Counted from the first letter of the stretch, positions 15,559 to 28,959 are shown. The stretch is 64,000 nt of DNA from Eledone cirrhosa (GCA_964016885.1 OZ024743.1:116994001-117058000), one strand, 5' to 3'. Notes: generated by a model not told the origin, from the letters alone. Translations and numbers: made by a program.

Positions 15559-16128
15559 GTCTGTATATGTATATGCGTGTGTGTGCGTGCGTGTGTGTGT
15601 GTACGTCTGTGTAAGTTCGTCAGGGAAAGATTGGGCGTACACTGACGTTTGCAGTTTCACACAGAATGCTAAGAATCATGTGCAGCTAAATCCTAACCGT
15701 CTGAACATCTGCAGGAAATTTGGTATATTTTGATAAGTTTATATATGTTTGTGTGGATGTATCCTTGATTAGGCGATCCATATCAATACATTGATTGAGC
15801 TGTTAAAGATTTCACAACCAAGACATAAAGCCTAAAAGAAAAAAATAATAATTATCGCCAAGTCAGCATTTAAGGTGGCATGAGAGAAGAACACCAGCTG
15901 TAGAAATAATCATGGACGAAGAAACACGGCAAATAAGGGTATGGAACGAGTTTAGGGAAAGTAATTTAAGACCGGTATAGACCAGTAGGATAACCTTTAT
16001 ATGAACCATGGATGCAAGGAATGCATTCAAAAAGAAAAATATTAACCATATCACAACAGCTTGAGTTCAAATACATAACATACATTGTAAAATCAGGCAA
16101 ATAAGTATGCAGCGTGATATTAAACACG

Positions 16129-16242
<114 letters not shown>

Positions 16243-16367
16243 CAGTAAGTAAGGGGTTAACCGAACAGGGATGTGTGGACCACATTTTAGTCTGTCGGTT
16301 GTGAAGTAGTCACCAGCGAAATATATATAACGGATTCTAAATAAACCTGAACCAACTGAATATGGTC

Positions 16368-16410
<43 letters not shown>

Positions 16411-16412
<2 letters not shown>

Positions 16413-16600
16413 CGAAGGAAATGTGGTAAGGAACCAGGTGGACCATAACGCACCAAAGTACTCAATACTTGAGGTAGTAGAGTGGGTAATAGGGACCAGT
16501 AAGACCCCGACAGCTGAGCTCAAGCCGTTTCGACGGCTAATTCTGGACTAAATGAAAATTTATCCTGGTATTTAAATAGCCGATCTTCTCAAGGGGTAAT
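16411..16600 (-). mobile_element. Family C element 3' end (ribozyme plus tail)
   Basis: Homologous to 22784-22890, 23174-23351, 25572-25756, 37207-37404, 43474-43560, 45414-45619, 49855-50056 and 60745-60875. Confidence 0.8.
16504..16597 (-). ncRNA. Type I hammerhead ribozyme, U3-A8 core variant
   Basis: Stem I ACCCC/GGGGT; core TTGAGAA; stem II GA(T)CGGCTA...TAGCCGTC; GAAA-CGGC-ttgagctca-GCTG-TC. Confidence 0.7.
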
Positions 16601-17059
16601 TCCATATATGGTCAAAATGATTGTCAAAAATCAGTAGTAATTCTGTGGTTGCAAATTAGTAGGGGAGATGGTGGCTAAACCTGCCAGTAGGAGAAAGAGG
16701 GGAGGGGGTGGAGTAGACCCAATCAAGCGTTGGTAGTGCCAGCTACAGCTGGGCATGAGGTCAAAGAAGATACAGGGGAGGGGGAGGGGGATGAAGTCGG
16801 AACGGTAGGTAGAACAATGGGGGGTAGAAATAGGAAAGAAAAAAAAAAATACTGAGAGTGAAGAAAAGCAAATAAGTGTAAAGAAAAAAGTAAAGTAAAT
16901 TAAATACTACGACCTAGGTCTCAGGCTATTGTTAGGCAGAATAAAATAAAGAAAGAAAGAAAGAAAGAAGTAAAGAAATAAATAAATAACGAAATAACGA
17001 AATAATATATATATATATATATATGGCAAGTAAGTATGTTTTGAAACAGTGAGCGAGTT

Positions 17060-17226
17060 TGAAATTAGAAAATATATAGCTTTCACCGTATTTTTGACTA
17101 AAGGAATTTTAGCTTGATAACGGGGTTTAGAACCCTCAGATAAATGGCAAAAGATGAGTATTGACGTACATGTACGTCAATACTCATCTTTTTCCATTCA
17201 AAAATACGGTGAAAGCTATATATTTT

Positions 17227-17229
<3 letters not shown>
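17060..17229 (-). mobile_element. Family E fold-back element
   Basis: Nested inverted repeats; homologous to 40283-40392 and 63972-64000. Confidence 0.6.
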
Positions 17230-17272
<43 letters not shown>

Positions 17273-17317
17273 TACATATACATATATATATACATATATA
17301 TACATATATATATATAA

Positions 17318-17410
17318 ACAGCGAGAAGCGAAAACCAACCAAACAGTGAGTGTGTTCTGTTATTAATTCTGGCAATATTACGCAAATATGACCCTCCCCA
17401 AATATAACAA
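17318..17410 (+). mobile_element. Family K short repeat (also 2505-2567 and 32295-32431)
   Basis: Shared CAATATTA...ATATGACCCTCCCCAA..ATAACAAT; TA-flanked. Confidence 0.7.
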
Positions 17411-18504
17411 TATATATAAACATATATACATATACACACACATATATACACATATACATACATATATATATTTATATATATATATATACATACATACACA
17501 CACACATATATATATTTGCATGCATACACACACACACATATATATATATATATATTTATACACAAATACATTGTAGGTCGCTTTAACCCGTCTTTTATTA
17601 TTCAAAAAACTTCTTGCCATAAACATTAATCCTTTGTGCGCCATTCATCTAACTGTAGACCAAAAAATATCAAGTAAACAAGAATGATGGCGAATGAATC
17701 TTCGAGGTAAGCAGTTTCCTCCCGAGCTGTTAGTTCAGGCGGGATTCTCTGCTACACCTTTTCGTAATAATACCGAACAACTTACTGCTGGTCACTCCTT
17801 CCTCCAAAAGCCGTACAAAGCGGCCATGTGCATGGGGTAGATGGATCGGGTGCAAATCTACACCAGGCCTACGCGAGAAATTCGCAAGGGACTGCACCGA
17901 CAGGGATAAAGAAAAAGAGTAACTTAGTGGAAAGAGTGCGAATGAACTTTTAAGGTAAGTAGCCTACGCCTTACTGCTATGACACTGGAACCTTCTGCCA
18001 ACTTAACCTGTGACTTTCTCTTTCACATTTACTTCAAAAGGCCAAAACAGAGTAGTATGAAAAGAAGGGGCTCAACAATATTTCTATGAACAATGCACGT
18101 AGACAGCTAAACTGTACTTTCAACTTCTTAATTTTCTCCAAATAAAACAAGTTTCCTGTCGGTATATCTTCGTGAGTTTTTAACAGGCACTCACAAATAA
18201 ACGCTCCGCATTGGAGGTGCTATTACCAATGTTCTTACCCGTGCAACGCCGGGATACACTGTTAGTATATATAAATATATATATATATATAAGGGATCAC
18301 AAATTATCGTTATAGATAATCCAGGTTGTGAATACTCCGTATTGTGGATAGTTTTAGCGCACGGGTTTGTTTGACTCAACCAGAAGTACCCTTAGGTAGC
18401 GAGTTTGTAAGTTCTCAGGAATTCCTATGCAGGTTAATCTTGGAGTAATAATAGTGAAAGAATGAATAATAACATGGTCAACAGTACAAAAAGGGTTTTA
18501 TTTA

Positions 18505-18615
18505 CAATATTAACAATTGTTTCATTGATTAAGTTGTCTCAATATTGCTAATCACTTGAAGTTGTATCACTCAATTTTAAATACAATCTATGCTAAAACA
18601 AATCATCAGAAACTG
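18505..18615 (-). ncRNA. Hammerhead ribozyme with long stem II (family I, element about 18290-18660)
   Basis: CAGTTT-CTGATGA-TTTG...CAAT-GAAA-C-AATT-G-TT-AATATTG; homolog at 50614-50723. Confidence 0.55.
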
Positions 18616-18833
18616 ATTAAAATTATACACGGCGTTCAAATCAGAACATTCAAATCAGAACATCAGTAATAAAGCAAGAAAAAGAAAAAAAATATATATA
18701 TACGGTAGACATAGATGCAATTCAATTCAATTCATTCGATGTCATATTACTTCTAGAAAATAAGAATAGTGGAGTATAATAAGAATGAGGAAAATGTGAA
18801 GTAGTATATGTTAAAGAGTCCTTTATTAATAAA

Positions 18834-18906
18834 GCTGTGATACATATTTCAAATACGATCACGGTCACTTGATTATTTAGCCATTTTCGTGATCTCATCA
18901 GGCAGC
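18834..18906 (-). ncRNA. Hammerhead ribozyme, imperfect
   Basis: GCTGC-CTGATGA-GATCACG...CGTGATC-gtattt-GAAA-T-ATGT-A-TC-ACAGC; downstream sequence homologous to 55265-55440. Confidence 0.55.
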
Positions 18907-20437
18907 AACATTGAGTAAAATGTTACGTGTCCAACGCAGTACTAGAGGCAAGGTAACAGACAAAAATTATGTCTTTGTTCCGACTGCACGCTCCATTGCC
19001 CGATAACACCTAAATCGCAGGCTGTCCCAGAATCAAATATGTTTCTCTATTTTTTTCTATTTGTGTATGCCGTAATTCCTTTATTGATTAACTAATTATG
19101 CAATCCGTTCCAGATGATGTCACCAGGATCTTACGTAAGCAGTCAATTGTAATAAAGATTGTGTTTGTGCAACTTTAATGGTACTTTAAAGGAACATCAC
19201 CAGACCGGTCTCCTGTTGTTTTAATCAAACCATGTTTATATATATATACATAAACAACCATATACTTTTAAATTTGGGGTGCATCATAAGGGAAGGGGAG
19301 AGACAATGAAAGGGAAGGGGCAGGCAAAATAGTGAGGAACATATAAAGAAAGTAGAGAAACGAGATGACTGAAAAGCAAAAGAAATAGGAAAAAGAAAGA
19401 AATTCATAAAATAATATGTAATAAATAAAAGTAAATTATTAGATCAAAAACTAAGCAAGAAATTTTAAAATTATAAGAAAATGAATAAACATGGTAGCAC
19501 TATGAAAATGTCCAGGGCTAGAACTCTATGTGAAGAGGCAGGGCAGTGTATAATTTGGTATTGAAATTGGCAGGAGGTTGTTCACCATAACCTGTGTTCA
19601 ACGGGGTTGAATAACGATTCGTGCATTTATGCAATCGGTGTATAAAGGTCATGGACACAAACAGAAAAAAAATGAAAGAAATCATGAAAAGCAAAAAAAC
19701 CAGCAGCATCATATTTGAGGGTCAACTCTTTACTATATAACGCTTTAAACTTGCTGGCAGCGATCTTTTTTAAATCTTTGATCTTTGCTTGCATGGTTGT
19801 CGCCAAGGGACAAGGAAAATTAACTACACGAAGCAGATCGTGTAGTTAGTATTTTATTTGGGGAAGTATATTTGTATTTTTGTTTGTGTTTATATTGTCT
19901 TGTTTTGTTATATATGTTTGTTTGTTTGGGGAGGAGTAGACAACTTTGTAAAACATGGTTTTGTTTCGTTTTGCATGGTTTGGCCTGGCTTTGGTTTGAT
20001 AACGTCTTGCAGAGTTTTAGTCATTCTTATTTTCGTTTTTGGTTTTGTTGTAGAAATCCCTTGAGCGAATATATATTTGGTCAATCGTGCCAATCGTGAC
20101 CAAAATGTCATATAAACTGATAGCGGCTATCGACAAATTCTACTTTGGACAATGTTTAATTTTCTTTTGCGAAATTACTTTTAAGATATTTCTGGGGATA
20201 TTTTTAAGAACTTATTTGAGGAATATATAATATTCATCCATACAACTACATTTTTGACAGAAGATATAGGCTTCACTTTTCATTAGTGATGAAAAATTTA
20301 CCTGCTGCTCAACATACATATACTGTATATTTTCCAGGTAAATTTTTCATCATTAATGAAAAGTTATGCTGTCATTATGTATGTATGTGTGTATATATGT
20401 ATATATGTATGTATGTATGTATTCATAAATATGTGTA

Positions 20438-20503
<66 letters not shown>

Positions 20504-20524
20504 TACATATATATATATATATAT

Positions 20525-20860
20525 AACACGACTTCCTTGTTCATCATCTTACCTGAAGCCAAACATTCTTTATGGAGGCGGACAGTACCTGATTTTGGAG
20601 TCGGAGAAACCAAATACTGGATTTTACCATCAGTCCAGGGTCCGGGAAAGTATCAAAACATATATTTTTATTGTTTGACCCGAATTACTTGGTCGGTTTG
20701 TTTTGGCTGTGCGGATGATATGTTTAACCATCATCTCATTGTGTTTGGCCCTTAACGTATGTTGTAGCTCTGATTCACATGAATCATCGAGCGCTTGCCA
20801 CACATATCGGATGTTGATTTTCGTTAATTCCTGTGCTGAAATACGATTCTCGCTAATTTA
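20525..20860 (+). mobile_element. TA-flanked element (family H)
   Basis: Homologous to 32833-33145 in the opposite orientation; bulged hairpin GCTC-TGATTCA-ca-TGAATCA-TC-GAGC at 20767-20792. Confidence 0.75.
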
Positions 20861-20891
<31 letters not shown>

Positions 20892-21218
20892 GCATACACA
20901 CATTTATGCATACATACATGCATATATACATATATACACACATACATACATAATGACTGCATCACAGTTTCGAGAATTGCCATCCTATAACCTTTTTCCC
21001 ATACCTGGGTGGCACGACCATGACTTTTTAACCTTACCAAGGACTCAAATGCCTTTTCGCGTATGCTGTAGCGATAGAAAACTTAAAAGATAATGATCGT
21101 GCAACACACTTAAATGTCGTTTAGATAAAGTGATGACTACAATTCAATCTGTTTTAAAAGCCCTTGTACTGAACTAATCACATTCTCCTATCAGCGGTGG
21201 CAATTATTCAAAAATAAT

Positions 21219-21406
21219 TGTTTCTACTTTTGGCACAAGGCCAGCAATTACCCAGTGTATTACTGGTACTTTATTTTATCGACCTCGTAAGGATGAAAGG
21301 CAAAGTTAACCTCGGCGGGATTTGAACTCAGAATGGCAAGGGCCGTAACTCTACGCGTCAAAGCATGGCGTCCGACCCTCTACCGATACTGCCAATCCAT
21401 CGCCCT
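21219..21406 (-). mobile_element. Full-length SINE with 19-bp TSD
   Basis: GCAATTATTCAAAAATAAT at 21200-21218 and 21411-21429. Confidence 0.9.
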
Positions 21407-21622
21407 TATCGCAATTATTCAAAAATAATAACAAGTCAACATCATTGGCTGTCATTGTGTCACAGGTGTTACGACAGAGTGTTCCTTCTCCTAGAATGAT
21501 GTCCTAACAAGAAGTGGTCTCTGCACCCCTAACAAGAAGTGGTCTCTCTCACTGGACTAAAACACTCGGGCACCAAACCGAGTATTTCCATGCCCCCCCC
21601 CCCCATATATGTATATATATAT

Positions 21623-21702
21623 ATACAAATATATTACACAAAGAGAAGTGTGTTACACAGTGAGATGTGTAACACACTTCTCTTTGTGTAATATATTTGC
21701 AT
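21623..21702. repeat. Near-perfect palindrome with short tail
   Basis: ATATATTACACAAAGAGAAGTGTGTTACACA and its reverse complement. Confidence 0.9.
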
Positions 21703-21756
21703 TTGAGCTCGGAAGAAAATTCTCTATACTTCTTTGAGCTTATATTATTATTATTA

Positions 21757-21910
21757 CGGTGGATTGGCAGTTTCGATAGAGGGTCGGACGATCTGAGTTC
21801 AAATCCCGCCGAGGTTGACTTTGCCTTTCATCCTTACGGGGTCGATAAAATAAAGTACCAGTAATGCACTGGTGAATTGCTGGCCTTGTGCCTAAAGTAG
21901 AAACAATTAT
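21757..21910 (+). mobile_element. SINE copy with internal deletion
   Basis: Same family motifs. Confidence 0.85.
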
Positions 21911-21946
21911 TACTGTGAACTGCGGAATATTCTTAATTCCGATCCT

Positions 21947-21989
<43 letters not shown>

Positions 21990-22737
21990 CATGTATGTAT
22001 GTGTGTGCGTGTGTAATTTATATTGTAATATATAATATTTTCGAAAGTTTGTATATGTATATTCATCTCCTTTCCCACTTTCTCTTGTGTGCAGCCATCG
22101 CTTATTTTACTATCTATCTATCTATCTATCTCTCTCTATATATATATGTGCGTGTGTGCGTTTGTGTGTGTGTGTGTGTGTTTACGTGTGTGTGTGCGTG
22201 TGTGTGCGTGTGCGTGCGCGCGTGTATGTGTGTGTGTGTGTGTATGTGTTTGCAGGCACGCGCCCGTGAGGTTAAGAAGTTCGTTCTTCAAAACGGCATA
22301 GTCGCAACCACAATATTTTCCTGACACCTTTACTCAATCAGGGTTAACTCATAGCAACAACCTCCTGAAGCCTTGCTAGACTTCGATCCTTTCTTTGAAA
22401 TGGAAAATGCTTTTTTTTTGTCGACCCTAAAACTGAGCAGTAGCTGGTATGGTATTAAATGGCAACAAATGTTTATATGTACCATGTACATATACATATG
22501 TTGTAAATAGCATATTTATACATTTAATGCTTGTCATAACATTTATTTCAGTGGGGAAAAACAAATCCACTTTCCTTATATCACTTTCTTTTTCGTGCTC
22601 ATTACATTTTATGCTTTATTGGTGTATACATAACGACAAAAATGAAAACATAGACATCAATGTATACTACACAGCGTAGGAACGTGTGTATAAATATATG
22701 TATGATTATCTAGATATTCCATAGATGTACACTCTCT

Positions 22738-22784
<47 letters not shown>

Positions 22785-22907
22785 AAGAAAAAGTATGACC
22801 CCGACGGCAGAGCTCAAGCCGTTTCAACGGCTATTTCTGGACCACTCTGGTGCGTTATCGTCTATCTGGTTCCTTACCACAGTTCCTTTGAATGTATATA
22901 TATGTAT

Positions 22908-23108
22908 ATATAATAAATAACAAAGAACGCCTATAGCATATGCATATCTTTACTTGCTAACATTATGTTAGCAAGTAAAGATATGCATATGCTATAGGCG
23001 TTCTTTGTTATTTATTATATCACGGCTCTGTCCTCAGACATCCGAGCTAACCTTATACTGCCTGCTGGATAAGTGGAGTGTTATACACCCCTGATCCTCT
23101 CCCTAGTA

Positions 23109-23110
<2 letters not shown>
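22908..23110 (+). mobile_element. Perfect 113-bp palindrome plus tail
   Basis: Centre at 22964; tail begins with GCTC-TGTC-ctca-GACA-TCC-GAGC at 23025-23047. Confidence 0.75.
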
Positions 23111-23173
<63 letters not shown>

Positions 23174-23177
<4 letters not shown>

Positions 23178-23348
23178 AAAATGTATGACCCCGCCGGCAG
23201 AGCTCAAGCTGTTTCGACGGCTATTTCTGGAAATGGCTTCAGCTCTGCCGTCGGGGTCAAACATTTTCCTTTTACCCACTCTACTACCCTAAGTATTTAG
23301 TATTCTGGTGCGTTATGGTCCATCTGGTTCCTTACCACAACTCCTTCG

Positions 23349-23351
<3 letters not shown>
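23174..23351 (+). mobile_element. Family C fold-back copy
   Basis: Inverted arm plus tail between (TA)n tracts. Confidence 0.85.
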
Positions 23352-23418
<67 letters not shown>

Positions 23419-23626
23419 ACAAATTTGATATAAATATCCATGTGATAAGACGGCTCAGTCCATAGGAATACTTAACTAAAATTAGTTACAACAGGTAATT
23501 TGATTTCTTTGCGTTATTCACCTGAACTCATCCAGCCTGTCATTTACTTAAAATCTCCATCCGTGGAGATGTTGCAAAGTACAGAACTCTCTTATATATA
23601 TATTAGTCACCAAAGTAGAGTGGGTT

Positions 23627-23717
23627 ATATGAAAAATTCGGGACCCAACGGCTCAGCTCCAACCCATTCAACAGTTGAAACGGCGGGAGCTCAGCCGTCG
23701 GGAGTCCCGAATTTTTC

Positions 23718-23722
<5 letters not shown>
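23627..23722. repeat. Family C-related palindrome with hammerhead stem III
   Basis: ATATGAAAAATTCGGGAC...GTCCCGAATTTTTCATAT; GAAA-CGGC-gggagctca-GCCG-TC. Confidence 0.65.
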
Positions 23723-23789
<67 letters not shown>

Positions 23790-24368
23790 CATGTATGTTT
23801 GTGTGTATGGGTGTGTATGTGTGTGTGTGTATGCGTGTGTGTGGGATTGTGTGCATTCCTGGATGGGGGTGAGAGAGATAATGAAAAGGTACAATAGAAG
23901 AAGAGAGTGGGAATAATGCAACAATGCACATGTGTAAATACTTTTATATACGTGTATATGAAGGTGATTATTCATTTATATAGAATGTTATAGTTCATCA
24001 CAATTGTATATATGTATAATAAATTACACATTGATAAGAATTCACTTAGTTATTATATAAAGATTTGTACTATACATCCGAAGAATTAAGCATATATGCA
24101 TACTTACATTTATACATTATACATACGCGTCCCCACACACATGCATATATGTGGATAACTTCTTTTACACACACACACATTAACACACTCACAGACACAC
24201 ACACCAACACACACATACATATATGTATATATAAATATATATATGTGTGTGTGTGTGTGTGAGTGTTTGTGTGTGTGTTTCTCTCTGTGTGTGTATGTAT
24301 CTATGAATGCATGCATGTATGTACGTGCATATATATATATATGTATGTGTGTGTGTGTGTGTCTGTGT

Positions 24369-24470
<102 letters not shown>

Positions 24471-24937
24471 AATACGTAAAAACATCTATTGTTAAGGAAA
24501 TGAATTATTCAGGAGGATATGAGGAAATGATTTTCATATTTCACTCTTTCCTTCCTCCTTTTCTTTTGTTTTACCTCCTTTACATTTCCCTCTTTCCGTC
24601 TTTTTGGCTTTTTTTTTTTTGTTATCACAGGGTGATATGAAGGGGTGTGTAAATTTGAGTGACGTGTGTTAATTACGTAGAATCGCTATAGTATCTCCAT
24701 AGAACAAGTGGAGCATATAGTTCTAATGTTCGTTTTAATATTCAAACAAAATCTCTGAACATATTCCCTCATACTACTTTAGATTAGGCAGATAAGTGAC
24801 GGACGAGATAGGAAAAGGCTACAAATAAGATCCGACTCTTTAAAGTTATGTTATGTCTCATTCGCTCCCCCGTCCTTCTTTCTTTTTACCTCTTTATATG
24901 CTTTGGAATTGCGTGAATATGTGTGAATGGTGAGTGT

Positions 24938-25225
24938 GCGTGGGCTATAATTATGATGCTCACCTCACGATTGTATGGCCGTATGTTCCATTCCCATCGT
25001 GTTGCGTCCTGGAATAAGGCACTTTATTTCACGTTCCTCCACTCCGTTTAGAAAGTAAAAATGATGCTTATGTGTAATTCCTAGGGTCAAATTTGTCGCA
25101 CACTGTGATACTCTAAATCCCTCATAGAACTATGTAAAGGATGATCTGGACAGCAGAATGCTCAGCCACTTACACGTACAAATCACGATTGAAACAGCTG
25201 GAACACACGTCATTGCATTGCTGTT
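24938..25225 (+). mobile_element. Old CORE-type SINE remnant
   Basis: GCGTCCTGGAATAAGGCACTTTATTTCACGTTCCTCCA resembles a CORE-SINE body. Confidence 0.5.
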
Positions 25226-25533
25226 TCTGACTGAAAGTAAATGTGTGAATTTTGTATGTGTGCATAACAATGTGTTTGTGTATGTATGTGTTTATATACC
25301 TGTGGCAATATTTATCTCTTATACATTTGTATATACAATAATATTCTAGTGGAATGAAGTAGAGCTTAAACCTATTACCATTCACTGTAGTTTAGAAAAG
25401 AATATCACATCACCAAGCCACACTGTTTTTTGATGAAAAATGTTATCATATTACAAGTTGTTGATTTTATGTATATAAGCACGTTCGTGTGTGTACATGT
25501 GTGCGTCTGTACCATTATATATTTAACAGTAAT

Positions 25534-25571
<38 letters not shown>

Positions 25572-25576
<5 letters not shown>

Positions 25577-25753
25577 AAAAAAGTATGACCCCGACGGCAG
25601 AGCTCAAGCCGTTTCGACGGCTATTTCTGGCCGTCGAAACGGCTTGAGCTCTGCCGTCGGGGTCATACTTTTTCCTATTACCCACTTACTACCCTAAGTA
25701 TTGAGTACTCTGGTGCGTTATGGTCCATCTGGTTCCTTACCACAATTCCTTCG

Positions 25754-25756
<3 letters not shown>
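25572..25756 (+). mobile_element. Family C fold-back copy
   Basis: Palindrome 25572-25677 plus about 80-nt tail. Confidence 0.85.
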
Positions 25757-25812
<56 letters not shown>

Positions 25813-26269
25813 TTCACACATATATATATACTTTTCATATTTATAAATTCATGCATAAAGTCATAAACATATGTATATGAAGACAGGATTTTACCTTTTC
25901 TTATTTCACTTTGTTAATTAAGTTGTTGTTACGTGACAGCACTTACGCTGGGTACGCTATCACCAGACAGCATGCAACAGGTAAGAAAGTTAGTAATGTA
26001 TAGAACAGAATGTCTTACGGTGTTCTATGTTCCAAGTTCCATCTTCGTAATGATTGACAGACACCAAGGAAATGTGCATAACAGTAGTTTAATCAATAAA
26101 TGGAAATATGAAAAAAGTAGAACCCTCTCATATTTTTCATTAATAAACCAACATTCTGTTGTGTAATAGTCTACGTGATCTCATTTATTAGTTAGAAATC
26201 TCCAGCAATAGTCTTTTATGGTGCTTACAATTGTTAATCAATAAATTACATATTTAAATAGAGAAAACA

Positions 26270-26300
<31 letters not shown>

Positions 26301-26340
26301 TACAAATATTAATAAAATAGATGTTCTTTTGAGCAATTAC

Positions 26341-26393
26341 ATTTTATTATACATATTTCAGAGGTACAACAGTACGTCCTCATCAGACAAAAT
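26341..26393 (-). ncRNA. Minimal type I hammerhead ribozyme
   Basis: ATTTTGT-CTGATGA-GGACGTAC-tgtt-GTACCTCT-GAAA-T-ATGT-A-TA-ATAAAAT. Confidence 0.85.
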
Positions 26394-26969
26394 ATAATGA
26401 TACACGACATACCCTGAGATGTCAAATTGTTAATATTTAATCAAGGTAGTGAATAAGTTATGAGAAAACTCAACATTTATACCCTAATAATGAGAAAATG
26501 CGAAAACGTAATAGAATCAATAGAGAAGGTATGAGTAAGAAAATGTTGCTTTATTGTAACAGATATAGAGATTTTAAAATGCGGGATACTACTAATTATA
26601 ATTATAGAGGAAGACGTGTCTGGAGTTATATTTTATTACAGTTTATGAAAGCTACCGACATATAATTAAAGAGAGGGAGAGATAAAGGGGAGTAATTTGT
26701 GCAAAAAAAAATGTTTTCCCCATATGGGCTTAGCGGTTAAATTTCAAAATTTTTAATTTATGTTATTTTAGAGTGAAGAATCAAAATTTTAGGTTTAAAA
26801 AATTGATGGTTATTTATATTAATTTTATAAATTTTATAAAATTTTTTTAAAGTGTTACATTTCTAAAATTCTGAATTTTATGAAAACAGAATTATTAAGG
26901 ATTTACTAGGCCCGCGAAAGAAAAATATACACTGTTGAATATTCCCCCAAATGTAATCATTAACAAAAT

Positions 26970-27925
26970 TACCTTGGATTATTATTATCTACGTATTCTA
27001 TATTATTCTCATATCCTGCTCTTTTTAACGCGTCATTGTATTATGCTGCATTATCATCAAATATTCCTTTATTGACTGATATTCTATTAATGCGTTTTTG
27101 CACACTATTAACTATAGCTTTTTTTTTTTTTTACAGATTTAGGGTGATTGGAATGGGTACTAACATAGTTTAAGTTTTCATTTGGCTTGTGAAAAGGGTA
27201 ATAAAAGCCAGAGTTTAAATTGAACGTAAGGTCCAAAAATTAACTATTTTGGTACCATTTTCTACTTCTAACTTAAGGTCATAGATTTTAAAGAATTCTA
27301 TTATACTTTTCTTTACTCTATTTAGTTCAATATTGTTGTGTTTGACCACCGTAAATAAAATGTCGTCCCTATATAAACCACCGGTAATCTCCGGCAGTTT
27401 TTTATTCATCATATATAATATGAAAATTCTCAGATCTGTGATTTGCGCAGAATCGGATGCCCCCCGCAGAATCGGATGCCCATCAAAGTTTCTATTTCTA
27501 TCTGAGTCCAATACTCATTGTTGAAGTTAATAAGAGTTCTTCTGGCTGATAGTATGATATCAATTTCATCCGTGGTTATATCAGTATGCTTATAAGAATA
27601 TGAAATAGCCTTATTTAGAAGGTTAGGTGTTATGGAAGAATAGTAGCTTGTAATGTCCATCTGGATGAATTTATGGTTTTTCTTATCTTCTATATTGTTG
27701 TACCATTCTATGACTTCGTTTGTATCTTTCCACAAGCTCAAATTAGATCTCAATTTAAGAGTGGGTAAGATTCTATCGATGGTCTTTTTACTGATTACTC
27801 CAATATCCGATTTGGATGGAGCAATCAATCTAACTGGCATCTCTTCCTCAAAGTTTCTTTTGTGATCCTTTAAGTTAATCCGCGGCAGCCTAGGTATAAA
27901 TGGCTCGGTTCTTCCTTCTATTCAT
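26970..27925 (-). pseudogene. PLE reverse transcriptase pseudogene (Nematis-like)
   Basis: ORFs 27430-27840 and 27215-27511 plus flanking frames; frameshifts and stops; clade call is from motif recall only. Confidence 0.85.
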
Positions 27926-27935
27926 AAATTGGTAA

Positions 27936-28045
<110 letters not shown>

Positions 28046-28470
28046 CGGGGACCGTCTGCCATCGATTTAAAGCCAATTGGCAGGCTAAATTGGTCCTCTA
28101 TTCTGTTGTATTTTATATTTTATATCTTCAATCTTCTATTATTCTCTGTTTGTGTTCAACGTAATACTTTTCTATATTTCCTCAAATAACACCTAATGAA
28201 ATCTTCTAGTCACACATCATAATCGGATGATAGGCATGGGCCATCGAAATATCTATAGAGCTTTCGTGAAATTAAAATTCGAACGCAAATTTTCCAGTCA
28301 AGCCTTGTTGATTTAATGAATACTTAATTCCGTTCCTACACCAACCTCTGGACACAACATCAACGATGGATGATTTACATTTGCTTTGAGTGCTTAAATT
28401 AATTTATTGCATCATCGTTTACCAACCAGAAACATCATTTCTACCCACTGATAAACACCCTAATATAAAT

Positions 28471-28521
<51 letters not shown>

Positions 28522-28561
28522 GATATTAAACAAATGGAAACTATATTTATAAAACCATATT

Positions 28562-28627
28562 TATTTCATTATATATATTTCAGGGATACCATATTAAAAA
28601 TATGGTATGCCTTCCTCAGACAAAATA
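28562..28627 (-). ncRNA. Minimal type I hammerhead ribozyme (inverted copy)
   Basis: Exact reverse complement of 28763-28828. Confidence 0.85.
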
Positions 28628-28762
28628 CAATATATAAACCGTTTTATAAATAAATTTGACATACCTAGAACAGTGCAACTTCCATTTAAGAAGTTGATTT
28701 TTAAATGGAAGCTGCACTGTTCTAGGTATGTCAAATTTATTTATAAAACGGTTTATATGTTG

Positions 28763-28828
28763 TATTTTGTCTGAGGAAGGCATACCATATTTTTAATATG
28801 GTATCCCTGAAATATATATAATGAAATA
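28763..28828 (+). ncRNA. Minimal type I hammerhead ribozyme
   Basis: TATTTTGT-CTGAGGA-AGGCATACCATATT-ttt-AATATGGTATCCCT-GAAA-T-ATAT-A-TA-ATGAAATA; predicted cleavage after 28820. Confidence 0.88.
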
Positions 28829-28959
28829 AATATGGTTTTATAAATATAGTTTCCATTTGTTTAATATCGTAAACCTACTCCAAAATCTGTTGAGTGCTTT
28901 TATATCAGTTATAAAATATTTACTCGTTGTAACCCTACAATTTTAAATAAAACTTTTGC

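Larger units (their letters stand above)
26296..27935 (-). mobile_element. Penelope-like element remnant (RT, internal deletion, 3' hammerhead), flanked by (TA)n
   Basis: RT peptides NLKDHK..F...RLIAPSKSDIG, FIQMDITSYYSSI, GGLYRDD and LDLTFNL...YPFHKPN...YV..HSNHP; hammerhead at 26341-26393 on the same strand. Confidence 0.85.

Noticed and set aside
26970-27925. Selenocysteine recoding or Naiad-type PLE
   Set aside because: Disruptions are frameshifts and TAA stops, and the domain order seen in the window is RT then C-terminal endonuclease
28218-28262. CGGATGA...GAAATATCTATA hammerhead-like segment
   Set aside because: Core mutated and no stem I pairing
28519-28871. Palindromes as MITEs with TIRs
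   Set aside because: Arms are asymmetric with one-sided tails, centres vary between copies, and they contain ribozymes; this fits PLE inversion better
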